Made by a program: the position numbers and the translations under genes
Part shown: positions 32,214 to 43,009 of the stretch, piece by piece
How the letters are laid out: every line of letters starts with the position of its first letter
Numbering within the stretch: the stretch's first letter is position 1
Assembly: GCA_965209035.1 (NCBI GenBank)
Contig: OZ242372.1
Coordinates: 672,001-736,000, forward strand
Direction: 5' to 3'
From: Gammaproteobacteria bacterium
Lineage (GTDB): Bacteria; Pseudomonadota; Gammaproteobacteria; CBDBNL01; JAAOII01
Length of the DNA stretch: 64,000 nt
Notes under the pieces: model-generated
What the model was told of the DNA's origin: nothing
The model's input: only the letters and a program-made list of their open reading frames with translations
Database searches by the model: none

Positions 32214-32915
32214 CTAGGACCTGTCTTCCGGGAGAATTTCCAAAGACGGTCCCATAGTGGATGATAAAAAAATACGCTTCAAATAGACTCCCTTACTTGT
32301 TTTGGGCTTTAATTTGCGAATTTCGTTTAAAACAGCATAAAAATTCTTTGTCAAATCTTCGGTGTTTGCGTTTAATTTTCCTATGCCACAATGCACTATA
32401 CCGCCCTTTTCATTGCGAAATCTTACCTGTCCCGATTTTGCAGCCTTAACAGTTGCCGCAACTTCGTTTGTAACCGTTCCGTCTTTCGGATTTGGCATGA
32501 GCCCTTTGGGACCTAACACTCTCCCCAAACGACTTGCAATCTTCATTGTGGCGGGAGTAGCAATCACCACATCATAATCCATCCGCCCCTTTTGCATGGA
32601 TTCGGCCAAATCGTCCATACCCACGGCATCCGCGCCGGCGTCTTTGGCTTCCTTCGCGGTGTCCCCTTCCGCAAACACAGCTATGCGCACCTTTTTGCCG
32701 GAACCACCCGGCAAGGAGGCAAGACCGCGTACCATTTGATCTCCCTTGCGAGCATCAATTCCCAGTTTAACCGCCAGATCCAAGCCTTGGTCAAACTTAC
32801 AGGGAGGAAGATTCTTAAGAAAGTTAATGGCATCCAAAGGCGAGTAGGCTGAGGCTCCTTTTTTATCGTTCAGCCCGGCTTGAATCTGTTTTGCCCGTTT
32901 TGTTGTTTTATTCAT
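32214..32915 (-). CDS. rplA: 50S ribosomal protein L1
   Basis: LGRVLGPKGLMPNPKDGTV, SSTMGPS. Confidence 0.98.
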   Translation of the reverse strand: MNKTTKRAKQIQAGLNDKKGASAYSPLDAINFLKNLPPCKFDQGLDLAVKLGIDARKGDQMVRGLASLPGGSGKKVRIAVFAEGDTAKEAKDAGADAVGMDDLAESMQKGRMDYDVVIATPATMKIASRLGRVLGPKGLMPNPKDGTVTNEVAATVKAAKSGQVRFRNEKGGIVHCGIGKLNANTEDLTKNFYAVLNEIRKLKPKTSKGVYLKRIFLSSTMGPSLEILPEDRS

Positions 32916-32921
32916 CGCTAT

Positions 32922-33377
32922 TTATCCTTCCACCTCCAATCCCATGCTACGCGCCGTTCCTTCTATAATGCGCGCAGCGGCATCCATATTCGCCGCATTA
33001 AGATCCGGCTTTTTCTTTTCCGCAATCTCTTTTAACTGATCTCTCGTGACCTTGCCCACTTTATTTTTGTTTGGCTCACCGCTTCCTTTTTGAATATTTG
33101 CCGCTTTGCGTAACAAAAATGAGGCCGGCGGGGTCTTAACAATAAAAGTAAAACTGCGATCCTTGTAGACTGTCACAATGACAGGTAACGGCATCCCCTG
33201 CTCTTCTTTGGAGGTCTTATCATTAAATGACTTACAGAATTCCTGGATGTTCGCCCCGTGTTGACCCAACGCGGGCCCAACCGCAGTACCGGGGTTAGCT
33301 TGCCCGGCGGGAAGTTGTAACTTAATGATCGCCGCAATCTTATCCTTGGAAATGCCTTGTTTTGCTTTCTTGTTCAT
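32922..33377 (-). CDS. rplK: 50S ribosomal protein L11
   Basis: [22 protein letters not shown]. Confidence 0.98.
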   Translation of the reverse strand: MNKKAKQGISKDKIAAIIKLQLPAGQANPGTAVGPALGQHGANIQEFCKSFNDKTSKEEQGMPLPVIVTVYKDRSFTFIVKTPPASFLLRKAANIQKGSGEPNKNKVGKVTRDQLKEIAEKKKPDLNAANMDAAARIIEGTARSMGLEVEG

Positions 33378-33916
33378 CCTTTTTCTACCTTTTTAAATTC
33401 TATCTCTACGGGGGCCGTTCTGCCAAATATGGAAACCAGAACATTTAACCTTTGTTTTGCACTATCTACCTTCTCCACTGTTCCGCTAAATCCGGAAAAA
33501 GGACCGTCTGTAATACGCACAATTTCGCCCACACTAAATAATTGTGTTTCCACCTTTCCTTCCAATCTGCGCTGAATTGCATCTATTTCTTTTTTCCGTA
33601 TAGGGGCGGGATTTTTTGCTGTCCCGCCAATGAAACCCATGACCCAGGGAGTGGAACGCACCAGATGCCAACTCTTGTCGTTCATATCCATTCTAACCAG
33701 CAAACATCCCGGGAAAAACTTTTTTTCGGTAGAACGCCGCTGATTACCGTGAAGTTCGACAATTTTTTCCGACGGCACTAAAATATCCGGCTCATCACCG
33801 AAATCTTTCGCCGCGGCACCTTCTTCTTCTTGCTCTTCTCTTATACGCTCTTCCAAAAACCGTTTAACTTGGTTTTCATATCCGGAATATGCTTGAACCA
33901 CATACCAATCCATCAT
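33374..33916 (-). CDS. nusG: Transcription elongation factor NusG
   Basis: [20 protein letters not shown] motif [19 protein letters not shown]. Confidence 0.97.
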   Translation of the reverse strand: MMDWYVVQAYSGYENQVKRFLEERIREEQEEEGAAAKDFGDEPDILVPSEKIVELHGNQRRSTEKKFFPGCLLVRMDMNDKSWHLVRSTPWVMGFIGGTAKNPAPIRKKEIDAIQRRLEGKVETQLFSVGEIVRITDGPFSGFSGTVEKVDSAKQRLNVLVSIFGRTAPVEIEFKKVEKG

Positions 33917-33919
33917 TTC

Positions 33920-34294
33920 CTAACCCAATATAGCGGCAGCCGCCCAAGCAAATATCGAATCCAATCCCCACAAAAGGAGCATCACCAAGATAACCATCAA
34001 AATAACGGAAATAAAGGTTTGCATCATTTCCGACCTGGTCGGCCAAATCACTCTTCCTATTTCCAATCTCGCTTGCAACATTAACGCAACTGTTTTCTTT
34101 CCTCGCTCGGTCGTGTAAAATATTCCGCCAGCCACTGCCAACAATATCAACCCCAGTACTACTCTGTAAAAAACAGAGTAATTGGCATAGTAATAATTTC
34201 CGGCGACTATCGCAACCATTATGATACAAATAGCAACCCACTTAACAGAGGCGGAAAAAGAGCTACCGAGAATTACCTTGTTCGCGTCACTCAT
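33920..34294 (-). CDS. secE: Preprotein translocase SecE (3-TM type)
   Basis: EIGRVIWPTRSE; upstream of nusG. Confidence 0.94.
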   Translation of the reverse strand: MSDANKVILGSSFSASVKWVAICIIMVAIVAGNYYYANYSVFYRVVLGLILLAVAGGIFYTTERGKKTVALMLQARLEIGRVIWPTRSEMMQTFISVILMVILVMLLLWGLDSIFAWAAAAILG

Positions 34295-34331
34295 TTTATT
34301 TCTCTTTTTAAGTTCAATTTGACTAACACAA

Positions 34332-34404
<73 letters not shown>

Positions 34405-34427
34405 AAAAAAATAGACTGTGAACTCTA

Positions 34428-35618
34428 TTATTTTATGACTTTGGCCACCACGCCCGCACCAACAGTCCGACCGCCTTCCCGTATGGCAAAGCGCAACCCT
34501 TCTTCCATGGCAATAGGAGCGATCAATTTAACCAACATCTTGATGTTATCTCCCGGCATGACCATTTCTACCTTGTCCGGTAACTCGACCTCGCCGGTAA
34601 CATCAGTGGTCCGAAAATAAAACTGCGGCTTATAACCCTTTATAAACGGCGTATGTCTTCCGCCTTCGTCTTTGGTCAGAATGTAAACCTCGGCTTCAAA
34701 CTCAGTATGCGGAGTGATACTGCCGGGTTTGGCAAGCACCTGTCCGCGCTCCACGTCTTCGCGCTTTGTCCCTCTCAACAAGACGCCCACATTCTCGCCG
34801 GCTCTGCCTTCATCCAAAAGTTTTCTAAACATTTCAACGCCGGTGCAGGTCGTCTTTGTTGTATCCTTGATACCGATAATTGCCACTTCCTCATGAACCT
34901 TAACGATCCCGCGCTCAATTCGCCCGGTGACCACGGTCCCACGGCCTGAGATGCTGAAGATATCTTCTATGGGCATCAAAAACGGCTTGTCTATGTCTCT
35001 CTTAGGTTCCGGAAAATACTCGTCAAGCGTTTCCACCAGTTTAATGACAGAACCCGCCCCCATCTCACTCGTATCTCCCTCCAGAGACTTGAGTGCGGAG
35101 CCCACAATAATCGGAGTATCGTCACCGGGGAACTCGTATTTTGTCAGAAGTTCTCTGATTTCTACTTCCACCAGTTCCAATAGTTCTTTGTCGTCGACCT
35201 GATCGGCTTTGTTAAGATAAACCACAATTCGGGGGACCCCTACCTGGCGTGCCAGAAGGATGTGCTCCCGAGTCTGCGGCATAGGACCGTCGGCGGCGGA
35301 AACCACCAAAATAGCGCCGTCCATTTGGGCCGCACCGGTAATCATGTTTTTGATGTAGTCCGCGTGTCCCGGACAATCCACATGCGCATAATGTCTCTTG
35401 TCACTTTGGTATTCCACATGCGAGGTTGCTATGGTAATACCGCGTTCTTTTTCTTCCGGAGCATTGTCAATACCCGCAAAAGTCAGAGCATCTCCGCCCC
35501 ATTTGTCGGCACAAACTTTTGTAAGAGCGGCCGTCAAAGTAGTTTTCCCATGATCCACATGACCGATGGTTCCCACATTAATATGGGGTTTTGTTCTTTC
35601 GTATTTTTCTTTTGCCAT
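34428..35618 (-). CDS. tuf: Elongation factor Tu
   Basis: [21 protein letters not shown]. Confidence 0.99.
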   Translation of the reverse strand: MAKEKYERTKPHINVGTIGHVDHGKTTLTAALTKVCADKWGGDALTFAGIDNAPEEKERGITIATSHVEYQSDKRHYAHVDCPGHADYIKNMITGAAQMDGAILVVSAADGPMPQTREHILLARQVGVPRIVVYLNKADQVDDKELLELVEVEIRELLTKYEFPGDDTPIIVGSALKSLEGDTSEMGAGSVIKLVETLDEYFPEPKRDIDKPFLMPIEDIFSISGRGTVVTGRIERGIVKVHEEVAIIGIKDTTKTTCTGVEMFRKLLDEGRAGENVGVLLRGTKREDVERGQVLAKPGSITPHTEFEAEVYILTKDEGGRHTPFIKGYKPQFYFRTTDVTGEVELPDKVEMVMPGDNIKMLVKLIAPIAMEEGLRFAIREGGRTVGAGVVAKVIK

Positions 35619-35673
35619 TTTTTATCTTCTAAAATAAAATTTAATTTTTATAAAATCCAATCGTCAAACTCAA

Positions 35674-35746
<73 letters not shown>

Positions 35747-35779
35747 AACCTCATTCTTATTTGCCGTTACTTTAACTTA

Positions 35780-35850
35780 AGCGGGTAGCGGGGATCGAAC
35801 CCGCATTCTCAGCTTGGAAGGCTGATGTGCTACCATTATACCATACCCGC
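35780..35850 (-). tRNA. tRNA-Gly(TCC)
   Basis: GCGGGTATGGTATAATGG...TCAGCCT-TCC-AAGCTGA...GGTTCGATCCCCGCTACCCGCT. Confidence 0.95.
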
Positions 35851-36014
35851 AAGAATTGCATAAAACATAAGACTCGCACAGCACATGATACAAAAGCATT
35901 AATAAAATAATACCCGACAGAGAATGACTCGCACCAACGCAACACAAGAATTATAACAAAAAAAACTAAAAAAACACGCTTTTTAATGATTTTTTATCAA
36001 ATCTTTGTTAAAAA

Positions 36015-36096
36015 TGGAGAGGGCAGGATTCGAACCTACGAAGCACGAGGCGGCAGGTTTACAGCCTGCTGGGTTTGACCGCTCCCCAACCTCTCC
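36015..36096 (-). tRNA. tRNA-Tyr(GTA)
   Basis: GGAGAGG acceptor stem, GCAGGCT-GTA-AACCTGC anticodon arm, long variable arm, GGTTCGAATCC. Confidence 0.95.
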
Positions 36097-36105
36097 CCAA
36101 TAATA

Positions 36106-36178
<73 letters not shown>

Positions 36179-36328
36179 CAGAGATGTTATTTTAACCTTC
36201 AATGATTGAATGTGTAACAGATTTTTCCAAATTTTTGCCCCATAAAACAGATTTGCACTCTTAATTAAGATAATCAATGTTACTATTCATTAATCAATAA
36301 TCTCACACAAACACCGTGAACAGAATTC

Positions 36329-37834
36329 TTAATAATATGTGGATTCCAGTTCGGTGAATATCTCTATCTGGGTTTTTCGTTCGTCTCTTCTGGTTCGGTC
36401 CAGTTCAAGCAAATAATCCGGCGTGATCCCGCCTGTAACATATTTGCCGTCAAACATAGAACAATCAAAGTTTTTAATTTTTGTAGTGTCTCCGCCAACC
36501 GCTTCCACCAAAGAAGGCAGATCTTGGTAAACCAAACCGTCTGCACCGATGGAAGCACAAATATCTTCCGCATCGCAGCCATGTGCAATGAACTCGCTCT
36601 GAGAAGGCATGTCTATGCCGTAAACATTGGGGTAGCGCACAGGAGGCGCGGCAGATGCATAATAAACATGTTTTGCCCCGGCCTGACGTGCCATAGCGAT
36701 AATCTGTCGGCAGGTTGTTCCGCGCACAATCGAATCATCCACCAATAGGACATTCTTATTACGAAATTCAAAATCTATGATGCTCAGTTTACGACGAACC
36801 GAAGCATCTCTTAGGTGTTGATGTGGCATGATAAAAGTTCGACCGATGTAACGATTTTTGACGAGTCCCTCTCTGTAGTTGATGCCAAGATTCAATGCCA
36901 CTTCAACCGCGGATACGCGACTACTGTCCGGAACAGGAATGACCACATCTATGCGGTCTTTGGGGATCTTTTGGCGAATTCGCTTGCTGAGAGAAACACC
37001 CATTCGCTGCCTCGCCTGATGAACGGAGATCCCGTCAAGAACAGAATCCGGACGCGCAAAGTAAACATACTCAAAAATACAGGGCGATTTTTTGCCGCCA
37101 TAAACATGACGAAACAAGTCACCTGTCTCGGTGATTAACAACGCCTCACCGGCTTCCAGATCACGCACAACGGAAAAGCCTTGAGACTGCAAAGCAACCG
37201 ATTCGGAAGCAACCATGTATTCTGTTTTTGCCAAGCGGCGCCCTCGGCGTTCTCCCAAAATCAGAGGACGAATGCCATGTTTGTCGCGAAATGCCAATAC
37301 GCCTATCCCCAGCAGCAAGCAAACAGCCGCATAACCGCCTTCGCAGTTTTGGTACAACTGTTCAAGTGCCTTAAAAATTTGTGACGGCTCCGAAATATTG
37401 GAAGCAACGGGTTCCAAACAATATGCCAAATAATTGAGCATTAGTTCCGAATCGGAATTTGTATTGATATGCCGACGAGCATTAAGACGTAATTCTTCGC
37501 GAAGTTCGTGCGTATTGTTAATTGTCCCGTTATGGGCCAAGGAAATTCCATAGGGGCTGTTAACATAAAAAGGTTGACACTCGTTCGGATGCTCACCGCC
37601 GGCTGTCGGGTAACGCACATGTCCGATGCCCATATTGCCTCGCAATTGCAAAAGATGTTTCGATTCGTCAAATACTTCACTAACCAACCCCTTCTGACGA
37701 CGCAGATAAATAGAGTTTTTTTGGGCAGTTGCAATCCCGGCACCGTCTTGCCCGCGGTGTTGAAGCATAGTCAAGGCATCAAAAATACTCTGATTGACAT
37801 CAGTTTGGGCATATATACCCACCAGCCCGCACAT
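36329..37834 (-). CDS. purF: Amidophosphoribosyltransferase
   Basis: N-terminal MCG, LQHRGQD, GHVRYPTAG, VDDSIVRGTT. Confidence 0.98.
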   Translation of the reverse strand: MCGLVGIYAQTDVNQSIFDALTMLQHRGQDGAGIATAQKNSIYLRRQKGLVSEVFDESKHLLQLRGNMGIGHVRYPTAGGEHPNECQPFYVNSPYGISLAHNGTINNTHELREELRLNARRHINTNSDSELMLNYLAYCLEPVASNISEPSQIFKALEQLYQNCEGGYAAVCLLLGIGVLAFRDKHGIRPLILGERRGRRLAKTEYMVASESVALQSQGFSVVRDLEAGEALLITETGDLFRHVYGGKKSPCIFEYVYFARPDSVLDGISVHQARQRMGVSLSKRIRQKIPKDRIDVVIPVPDSSRVSAVEVALNLGINYREGLVKNRYIGRTFIMPHQHLRDASVRRKLSIIDFEFRNKNVLLVDDSIVRGTTCRQIIAMARQAGAKHVYYASAAPPVRYPNVYGIDMPSQSEFIAHGCDAEDICASIGADGLVYQDLPSLVEAVGGDTTKIKNFDCSMFDGKYVTGGITPDYLLELDRTRRDERKTQIEIFTELESTYY

Positions 37835-37932
37835 TTTTATTTACTCGTGTTTTTTGAAAAAGAAGTCGTCAAGATTTCCCAACCCGACATGCCCGACGAG
37901 AAGACCGGGCATCCTTTGGCAGATTTACAAGT

Positions 37933-38460
37933 TTACAAAACACATAGCCCGCCCCAAAGAACATCACATATTTTTTGTAAAACAGAGTTTGCCCAATACA
38001 ACTCCCATTGTTCCAAATAGGGAGTCAGACGAGAATTTTGCCAATAAGCACTTTCGTCCAAAGTTAAAAGGCGAACGATCTGGACAATAAAAATGCTTTG
38101 AACGGCCAACAAAGGCAAACTCAGAATCCCGCCAATCGCCCTTGTCAGAGGGACGGTGGTAACATTTGGATAACTTAACATCACAAAAGATACGATGATC
38201 CTAAGAAAAACGAACAGAAAGAAAAATATCAGGGCAAAGGGTAATAACAGCAAAAGTTCCGGGTCGGTAACATAGCGGCCCAATGGCTTTTGCAAAATAC
38301 CCGCAATCACTTGCGAAGAAGTCAAAACAGCTAACCAGAGAATGAGTGCAATCAAAGCCTTCACAAAGCCGCGAGATATGCCCACGCCGATTAAAATAAC
38401 CGCCAAGGCGACAAGTATCCAGTCCGTCTCATTAAATGAGGTAATGTTTATTAGTTCCAC
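37933..38460 (-). CDS. cvpA: CvpA family membrane protein
   Basis: DWIL...GISRGFVK; WQNSRLTPY; lies between dedD and purF. Confidence 0.85.
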   Translation of the reverse strand: MELINITSFNETDWILVALAVILIGVGISRGFVKALIALILWLAVLTSSQVIAGILQKPLGRYVTDPELLLLLPFALIFFFLFVFLRIIVSFVMLSYPNVTTVPLTRAIGGILSLPLLAVQSIFIVQIVRLLTLDESAYWQNSRLTPYLEQWELYWANSVLQKICDVLWGGLCVL

Positions 38461-39008
38461 TTTCTTATTATGCTATCCATTTGAAATAATCTGTCAACTT
38501 CTCCTTTATTATGAAGGGCTTTATCTTTTTGTAGGGTTGGTCCCACATAAACCGCGTATATTATATCATTTTCGGATTGTTTATGACTATGTGTAAAAGA
38601 AATAAATCCTTTGTCCGCCAATTCTTGCTTCAATTTTTGTGCGGATTCTTTGCTTTTTAATGAAGCCACCTGAACTACCCAGCGCACCGGAATTCCATTA
38701 TCATCAAAAGAAAAAGCATCCAGGCCGGCCTCACCGGCTTTGGGTTTGACGGTTTTCTTGGCATCTTTGCCGGAATTTTTTGCTTGAGTTTGAACATTTT
38801 CTTTGATTTCGGATAATTTTTCTTTGATCTCCAAAGAGTCAGAGACGGGCGGCGGCGGTTTTAACTCAAGCTCAACAAATCCCGGCGGCACTTCAATATC
38901 CCGATAGGAATGCGGCGGGATGTTGCGTAAAAGTTGTAAAAAAACAATCACCGCAATCACCAAAACAATGACCCCGCCTAAGATGCGAGAGCGAATCTTG
39001 TCATCCAT
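38451..39008 (-). CDS. dedD: SPOR-domain cell division protein, DedD-like
   Basis: RILGGVIVLVIAVI N-terminal TM, C-terminal SPOR domain (WVVQVASL, VYVGP); dedD-cvpA-purF order. Confidence 0.82.
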   Translation of the reverse strand: MDDKIRSRILGGVIVLVIAVIVFLQLLRNIPPHSYRDIEVPPGFVELELKPPPPVSDSLEIKEKLSEIKENVQTQAKNSGKDAKKTVKPKAGEAGLDAFSFDDNGIPVRWVVQVASLKSKESAQKLKQELADKGFISFTHSHKQSENDIIYAVYVGPTLQKDKALHNKGEVDRLFQMDSIIRKWN

Positions 39009-39029
39009 TTTGTTAATTCAATTTCAACA

Positions 39030-40634
39030 TCAATCAAAAACAACCCGAATGCCTATGACGGAAGATTTGTGATGCAAAGGGGCCTTTGCATAATAACTAT
39101 AATACGCGCTTAATGGACCGGGAAGGCGATAGTTTCCTCCTTTAACTATGGCCTTAAGAGTCGCACCTTCCGGGGTAAAAGAACTTGTCCATTCCGAAAT
39201 ATTACCCGCCATTGACACCACCCCTGTGTTTGTTTTATCCGCTAACTCTTTGCGAACAGGAATCGGCACATCCGGCGTATATTGATTTTCAAGATCTCGC
39301 ACATGCGCCGCTTCTTTTTGATACGCATTTCCCCAGGGGTAAGGCTTACGAGAGTCACCGCCGAAAGCATAAAGCCATTCGCGTTCGGTAGGCAGCCTGC
39401 CCCCGGCCCATTTCGCAAATGCATAAGCACTCCACCAATCAATACCAACCACAGGCAGATCCAATTGACCGGTCTGTTCTTGCCAATTCGTTGGTCGATA
39501 AGAATGTTTACGCGGTTGGTTTTTGTTCGCATAAAAGCCGAGACCGGCAAAAGGGTCACGCAAAAAACTTCGATATTGTGCCCGACTCACTTCATACTTA
39601 CCAAACCTAATGTCCCCGTTCTGCGGAGAAACTGCCGAGAGAAAGTTTCTAAAAGAAGACGGTTTGATTTCTTCGGATCGCGACAGTAACTTGGGCGCAT
39701 AATGCCGAGCAGCAATGCCGATAAAATAAGAACCACCCGAAACACGAACGACCTTACTTTTTGCATTCCACGGTATTTCTCGCACGGAGTTTTTCAAGTC
39801 TTTGTCCCGGTTGTTCGGCGGGTAAACACAACGAAACCCGGTGTACTTGGAACGAAAAGAAAAAGGTGCCGGCCGTGCAATAAAATTGAGAGCATGGATC
39901 TGATGCGGGCGATTATAACTGTTACCGCCGCGTAGCACAGATCTTTTGTCTTCCGTGATCTCCAAAGTCCATTCCGAAAGACCGCTCCCCAAATCATAAA
40001 CACCTTCGGGACTGGCATTTGGCTGACGCTGTTTATCCGAGGCCGCCAAATTCAACAGAGGATCACTATAACGCCATGCCGAGGCAACAAACTTCTCTCC
40101 CCAAGGATAGGATCTGTTTTCTTTGCCGCCGGCAGCGGCAATCCATTGTTCTCGATTTGGGAGAGAGCCACCGACTGCGGAACAATAAGCATAGGCCTCG
40201 TAAAAGCTCACCCCGGCTGCCGGAAGTGCCAGTTTTCCTAAAATAGGATGTCGGGCATGCGGGTTTTGAAAACGATAGTCCGCTGGCTGAGAAACATGCA
40301 CATGCCGTTGCCCGGATGCTCCTTGTAAAACATACCAGTTCAGAAATTGGCGGTAATCACTTTGACGAACTTCGTATTTATCAATATAAAAAGCGTCGAT
40401 CCGCAACATCTCACCCGAAGCCATGATTTGATCCCTTAGTTCCCCGTTACCCAAAACATAACCGGCGTGTTCGGCAATTGCCCGGTCCAAACCGCTCAGC
40501 GGAGTTTCTTGAGCGGGAACATCCAACGCGACGCGTTCTATGAAACGTGCCTGTACTCGTAAAAAAATAAGATAAACCGCCAGTGCGAAAACCGGCAATA
40601 TCCATAAAACAAGGTAAGTGAATCGTCTCAGCAT
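39030..40634 (-). CDS. Membrane-anchored protein with two FGE-sulfatase/SUMF1 (C-type-lectin-like fold) domains
   Basis: Two copies of KYEV..., LP.E.W, YPWG, G(N/L).SEWT, (R/K)GG and GFRCV/GIRVV; no catalytic Cys pair seen. Confidence 0.85.
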   Translation of the reverse strand: MLRRFTYLVLWILPVFALAVYLIFLRVQARFIERVALDVPAQETPLSGLDRAIAEHAGYVLGNGELRDQIMASGEMLRIDAFYIDKYEVRQSDYRQFLNWYVLQGASGQRHVHVSQPADYRFQNPHARHPILGKLALPAAGVSFYEAYAYCSAVGGSLPNREQWIAAAGGKENRSYPWGEKFVASAWRYSDPLLNLAASDKQRQPNASPEGVYDLGSGLSEWTLEITEDKRSVLRGGNSYNRPHQIHALNFIARPAPFSFRSKYTGFRCVYPPNNRDKDLKNSVREIPWNAKSKVVRVSGGSYFIGIAARHYAPKLLSRSEEIKPSSFRNFLSAVSPQNGDIRFGKYEVSRAQYRSFLRDPFAGLGFYANKNQPRKHSYRPTNWQEQTGQLDLPVVGIDWWSAYAFAKWAGGRLPTEREWLYAFGGDSRKPYPWGNAYQKEAAHVRDLENQYTPDVPIPVRKELADKTNTGVVSMAGNISEWTSSFTPEGATLKAIVKGGNYRLPGPLSAYYSYYAKAPLHHKSSVIGIRVVFD

Positions 40635-40676
40635 TTTATTATCATATGATTATAATGCAACACCTATCTGCGGAAC

Positions 40677-42479
40677 TTACGAAGTCAGGCGAGTACGGGT
40701 AATGCCGCTACCAAGTGCCCAAAGAACCATCACAATTAAAATAAAGGTCCCGCCGTAAACCAGACTCAACACGATCTCACGCCGAGAAGAAAAAACCGGT
40801 AACTTGGTAAAAATGGACTGACTTCCCAAGTAAACTTTGTTCAGTTCCCCCAAAACTCCAAAATCAAACCCTTCAATAATTTCACCTCCGTAAACATATC
40901 CGATGACCACATCGGAGATGTTCGGATCCAAAACAGCGACGGGATACCACCGCTCAAAATCCAAAATATCACTCGGTATCAGAAGCGTATCTCCGCGAAA
41001 AATCTCGGTTGTCTTGCCCGTATCCGGATAAGGAAAAAGGCGCATGTCAGCATTGACCCATTCCGCCAGGCGAGGTGTACTTTGAAATAAATTCATTGAA
41101 AAAAGGTGTATGCTATCCAAGGGACCATTAATCGGCATCAATAAACGACTTAAACAAAAAGAACAAAGGCGATATTCAACTTCCAAGGGACCCTCTTTTG
41201 TTTCAAAAGCAGTCCGCATGTTTTCCCGTAAACTCTCCGCCAATTGCATCTCTTCCGTGCTGACACCGGAAAAGCCGCTTGTCAAAAACTCCGTAAAAAA
41301 TTGATCCGGGTTTATGCTGTCAATTCCGTTTTTATCCGCACGACGCAAATATTCGTTCAAGAACAGAATCATAAAAGTATGATAATCCACCGGCTCACCC
41401 TCTTGTCCCGGCGGAAAGGCGTTTTCAAAAAGTTGTTGAAACAACAAGGTTCCTTCTTCGCCCTCTCCTCCGAAAGGAACGCGAATCTTCACAGAAGAAG
41501 GCCTGCCAAAAGAATCACCCTCGGTGCCGCGTTCCTCCGTTATGGCTCTTGCCAATTCTTCGGCCAGAGTATCTCCGTAGCCGCCGTCATTATTTGCCTC
41601 AAACTCCGACAAACTTTCGGCTCGCTCTCGCCTTTCCAGACCGCCGCGCGCCAGTCCCACTGTCTCACTCGGTGGCAATAATTCTTCAATCAACTCGGCA
41701 TCCCTCAAAGATCCCCCTTCAGGAATATCCTCCGGAATGATGGCAGCCGCATCTTCCGTATCCGTATTACCGCCTTGCTCTCGCACTTCGGGAGATTCCG
41801 GATCTTCTTCCAAACCCTCTCCGTTACCTTCGTCTTCTTCACCGTCCGATGCGGAACCATTTGACGATGTCTCGTCACTCTCACTCAGAGTATCTCCTTC
41901 GCCACCAGGAGGCAGGGGCACAGATTCACCGACAAAATGCCAATGGCTCGGCTCCACTCCGTTCTCGCGCAAAATAGAAAGTCCGAGATAGTAAAGATCC
42001 GCGGAATAAATGTCCAATCTGGCCCGTTGTTTTTCCACCGGGTTTAAAAGACTTAAATACACATCCAAGGCGTTATTTTCACGCAGCAGTTCCCCCCGAT
42101 TAAAGATGCGTCCCGAGTTGCGCTCGCGTATATAACCCGCATGCAGTTCAAAAATTGGATAAAGCCATAACAAGCAATCATGCCGTTCGTATTCGTTTCT
42201 CCAAGGGCCACGCGGCGAAGCACAATGATAGTTATGCAAAACGGCCGGCGGGCTGCTCGGTAAATCGTTGAATACCAAACTGCCGGCAATATCGCGAGCA
42301 AGAATGGCATCAATTTCAACACTTTGTTCTGTCTCCTGTTCCGCTTGAATCTTTCTTTGATTAATCGTAATGATAATCACTACCAACAGAACAACCACGC
42401 CGTTGGCCAAAATATCCGCCAAAGCAACACCGCCAAAACTGCCAATAATCTTTTTCTTCTTGCCCGCGAAACGATGCAT
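40677..42479 (-). CDS. Uncharacterised membrane protein: N-terminal TM with Asp, acidic linker, C-terminal TM
   Basis: ALADILANGVVVLLVVIII; Glu/Asp-rich middle; hydrophobic C-terminal helix. Confidence 0.75.
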   Translation of the reverse strand: MHRFAGKKKKIIGSFGGVALADILANGVVVLLVVIIITINQRKIQAEQETEQSVEIDAILARDIAGSLVFNDLPSSPPAVLHNYHCASPRGPWRNEYERHDCLLWLYPIFELHAGYIRERNSGRIFNRGELLRENNALDVYLSLLNPVEKQRARLDIYSADLYYLGLSILRENGVEPSHWHFVGESVPLPPGGEGDTLSESDETSSNGSASDGEEDEGNGEGLEEDPESPEVREQGGNTDTEDAAAIIPEDIPEGGSLRDAELIEELLPPSETVGLARGGLERRERAESLSEFEANNDGGYGDTLAEELARAITEERGTEGDSFGRPSSVKIRVPFGGEGEEGTLLFQQLFENAFPPGQEGEPVDYHTFMILFLNEYLRRADKNGIDSINPDQFFTEFLTSGFSGVSTEEMQLAESLRENMRTAFETKEGPLEVEYRLCSFCLSRLLMPINGPLDSIHLFSMNLFQSTPRLAEWVNADMRLFPYPDTGKTTEIFRGDTLLIPSDILDFERWYPVAVLDPNISDVVIGYVYGGEIIEGFDFGVLGELNKVYLGSQSIFTKLPVFSSRREIVLSLVYGGTFILIVMVLWALGSGITRTRLTS

Positions 42480-42484
42480 TTTGT

Positions 42485-43006
42485 TTATCTGCTTTTTTCC
42501 AGACTGCGGCGGATACGCGGTGGCAGATCTTCCAAGCGCACCGCTTGCAGAAAATCGTCATTTGCAATAATCCAACCGATGGAAATTCTTCGGTTTGGCC
42601 ACATGTTCTTTAAACAATCGCGCGCCAACCGCATAGTGGAAACACTGCCTGTGGTGATTGCAAAAATTAATTGGGTATTTTTTTTATCGTATACTTCGCG
42701 CGCATAGTTGGCAAAGTTTGTTTGCGCGCAGTCTTTGCGTAAGTCCGCTCTGTTCGTTGCTTCCTTTTTTTCTATGACATGCACTCTGTCCGGAAAAGTG
42801 AGCACAATATAGCCTTCGGCACCCTGTTCCCAATTAATCTTGTAAATGCTGTCTTCCAGAGAGTTTTCCACCTGAGCCCGCAATTCCGATTCGGCAAAGA
42901 TATTGATCAGCAGGAACAAAATTAATAGCAAGGCAAATGCCGCGCCAAAGATTTCTACCATAGGGGTATTGCCGCCGGCCAGATCCTGGCGCGTTCTACG
43001 GGGCAC
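42485..43006 (-). CDS. Uncharacterised single-pass membrane protein (ExbD/TolR/MotB-like position)
   Basis: TPMVEIFGAAFALLLILFLLINI resembles the ExbD/TolR TP..D TM start; follows the MotA/TolQ gene. Confidence 0.7.
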   Translation of the reverse strand: MPRRTRQDLAGGNTPMVEIFGAAFALLLILFLLINIFAESELRAQVENSLEDSIYKINWEQGAEGYIVLTFPDRVHVIEKKEATNRADLRKDCAQTNFANYAREVYDKKNTQLIFAITTGSVSTMRLARDCLKNMWPNRRISIGWIIANDDFLQAVRLEDLPPRIRRSLEKSR

Positions 43007-43009
43007 GGG

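Noticed and set aside
35851-36014. Short direct repeat GACTCGCAC between tRNA-Gly and tRNA-Tyr as a decayed tRNA or att site
   Set aside because: Too short, no cloverleaf and no adjacent integrase
39030-40634. FGE/C-type-lectin protein as a diversity-generating retroelement target
   Set aside because: No reverse transcriptase and no template/variable repeat pair with adenine-specific differences seen in the window
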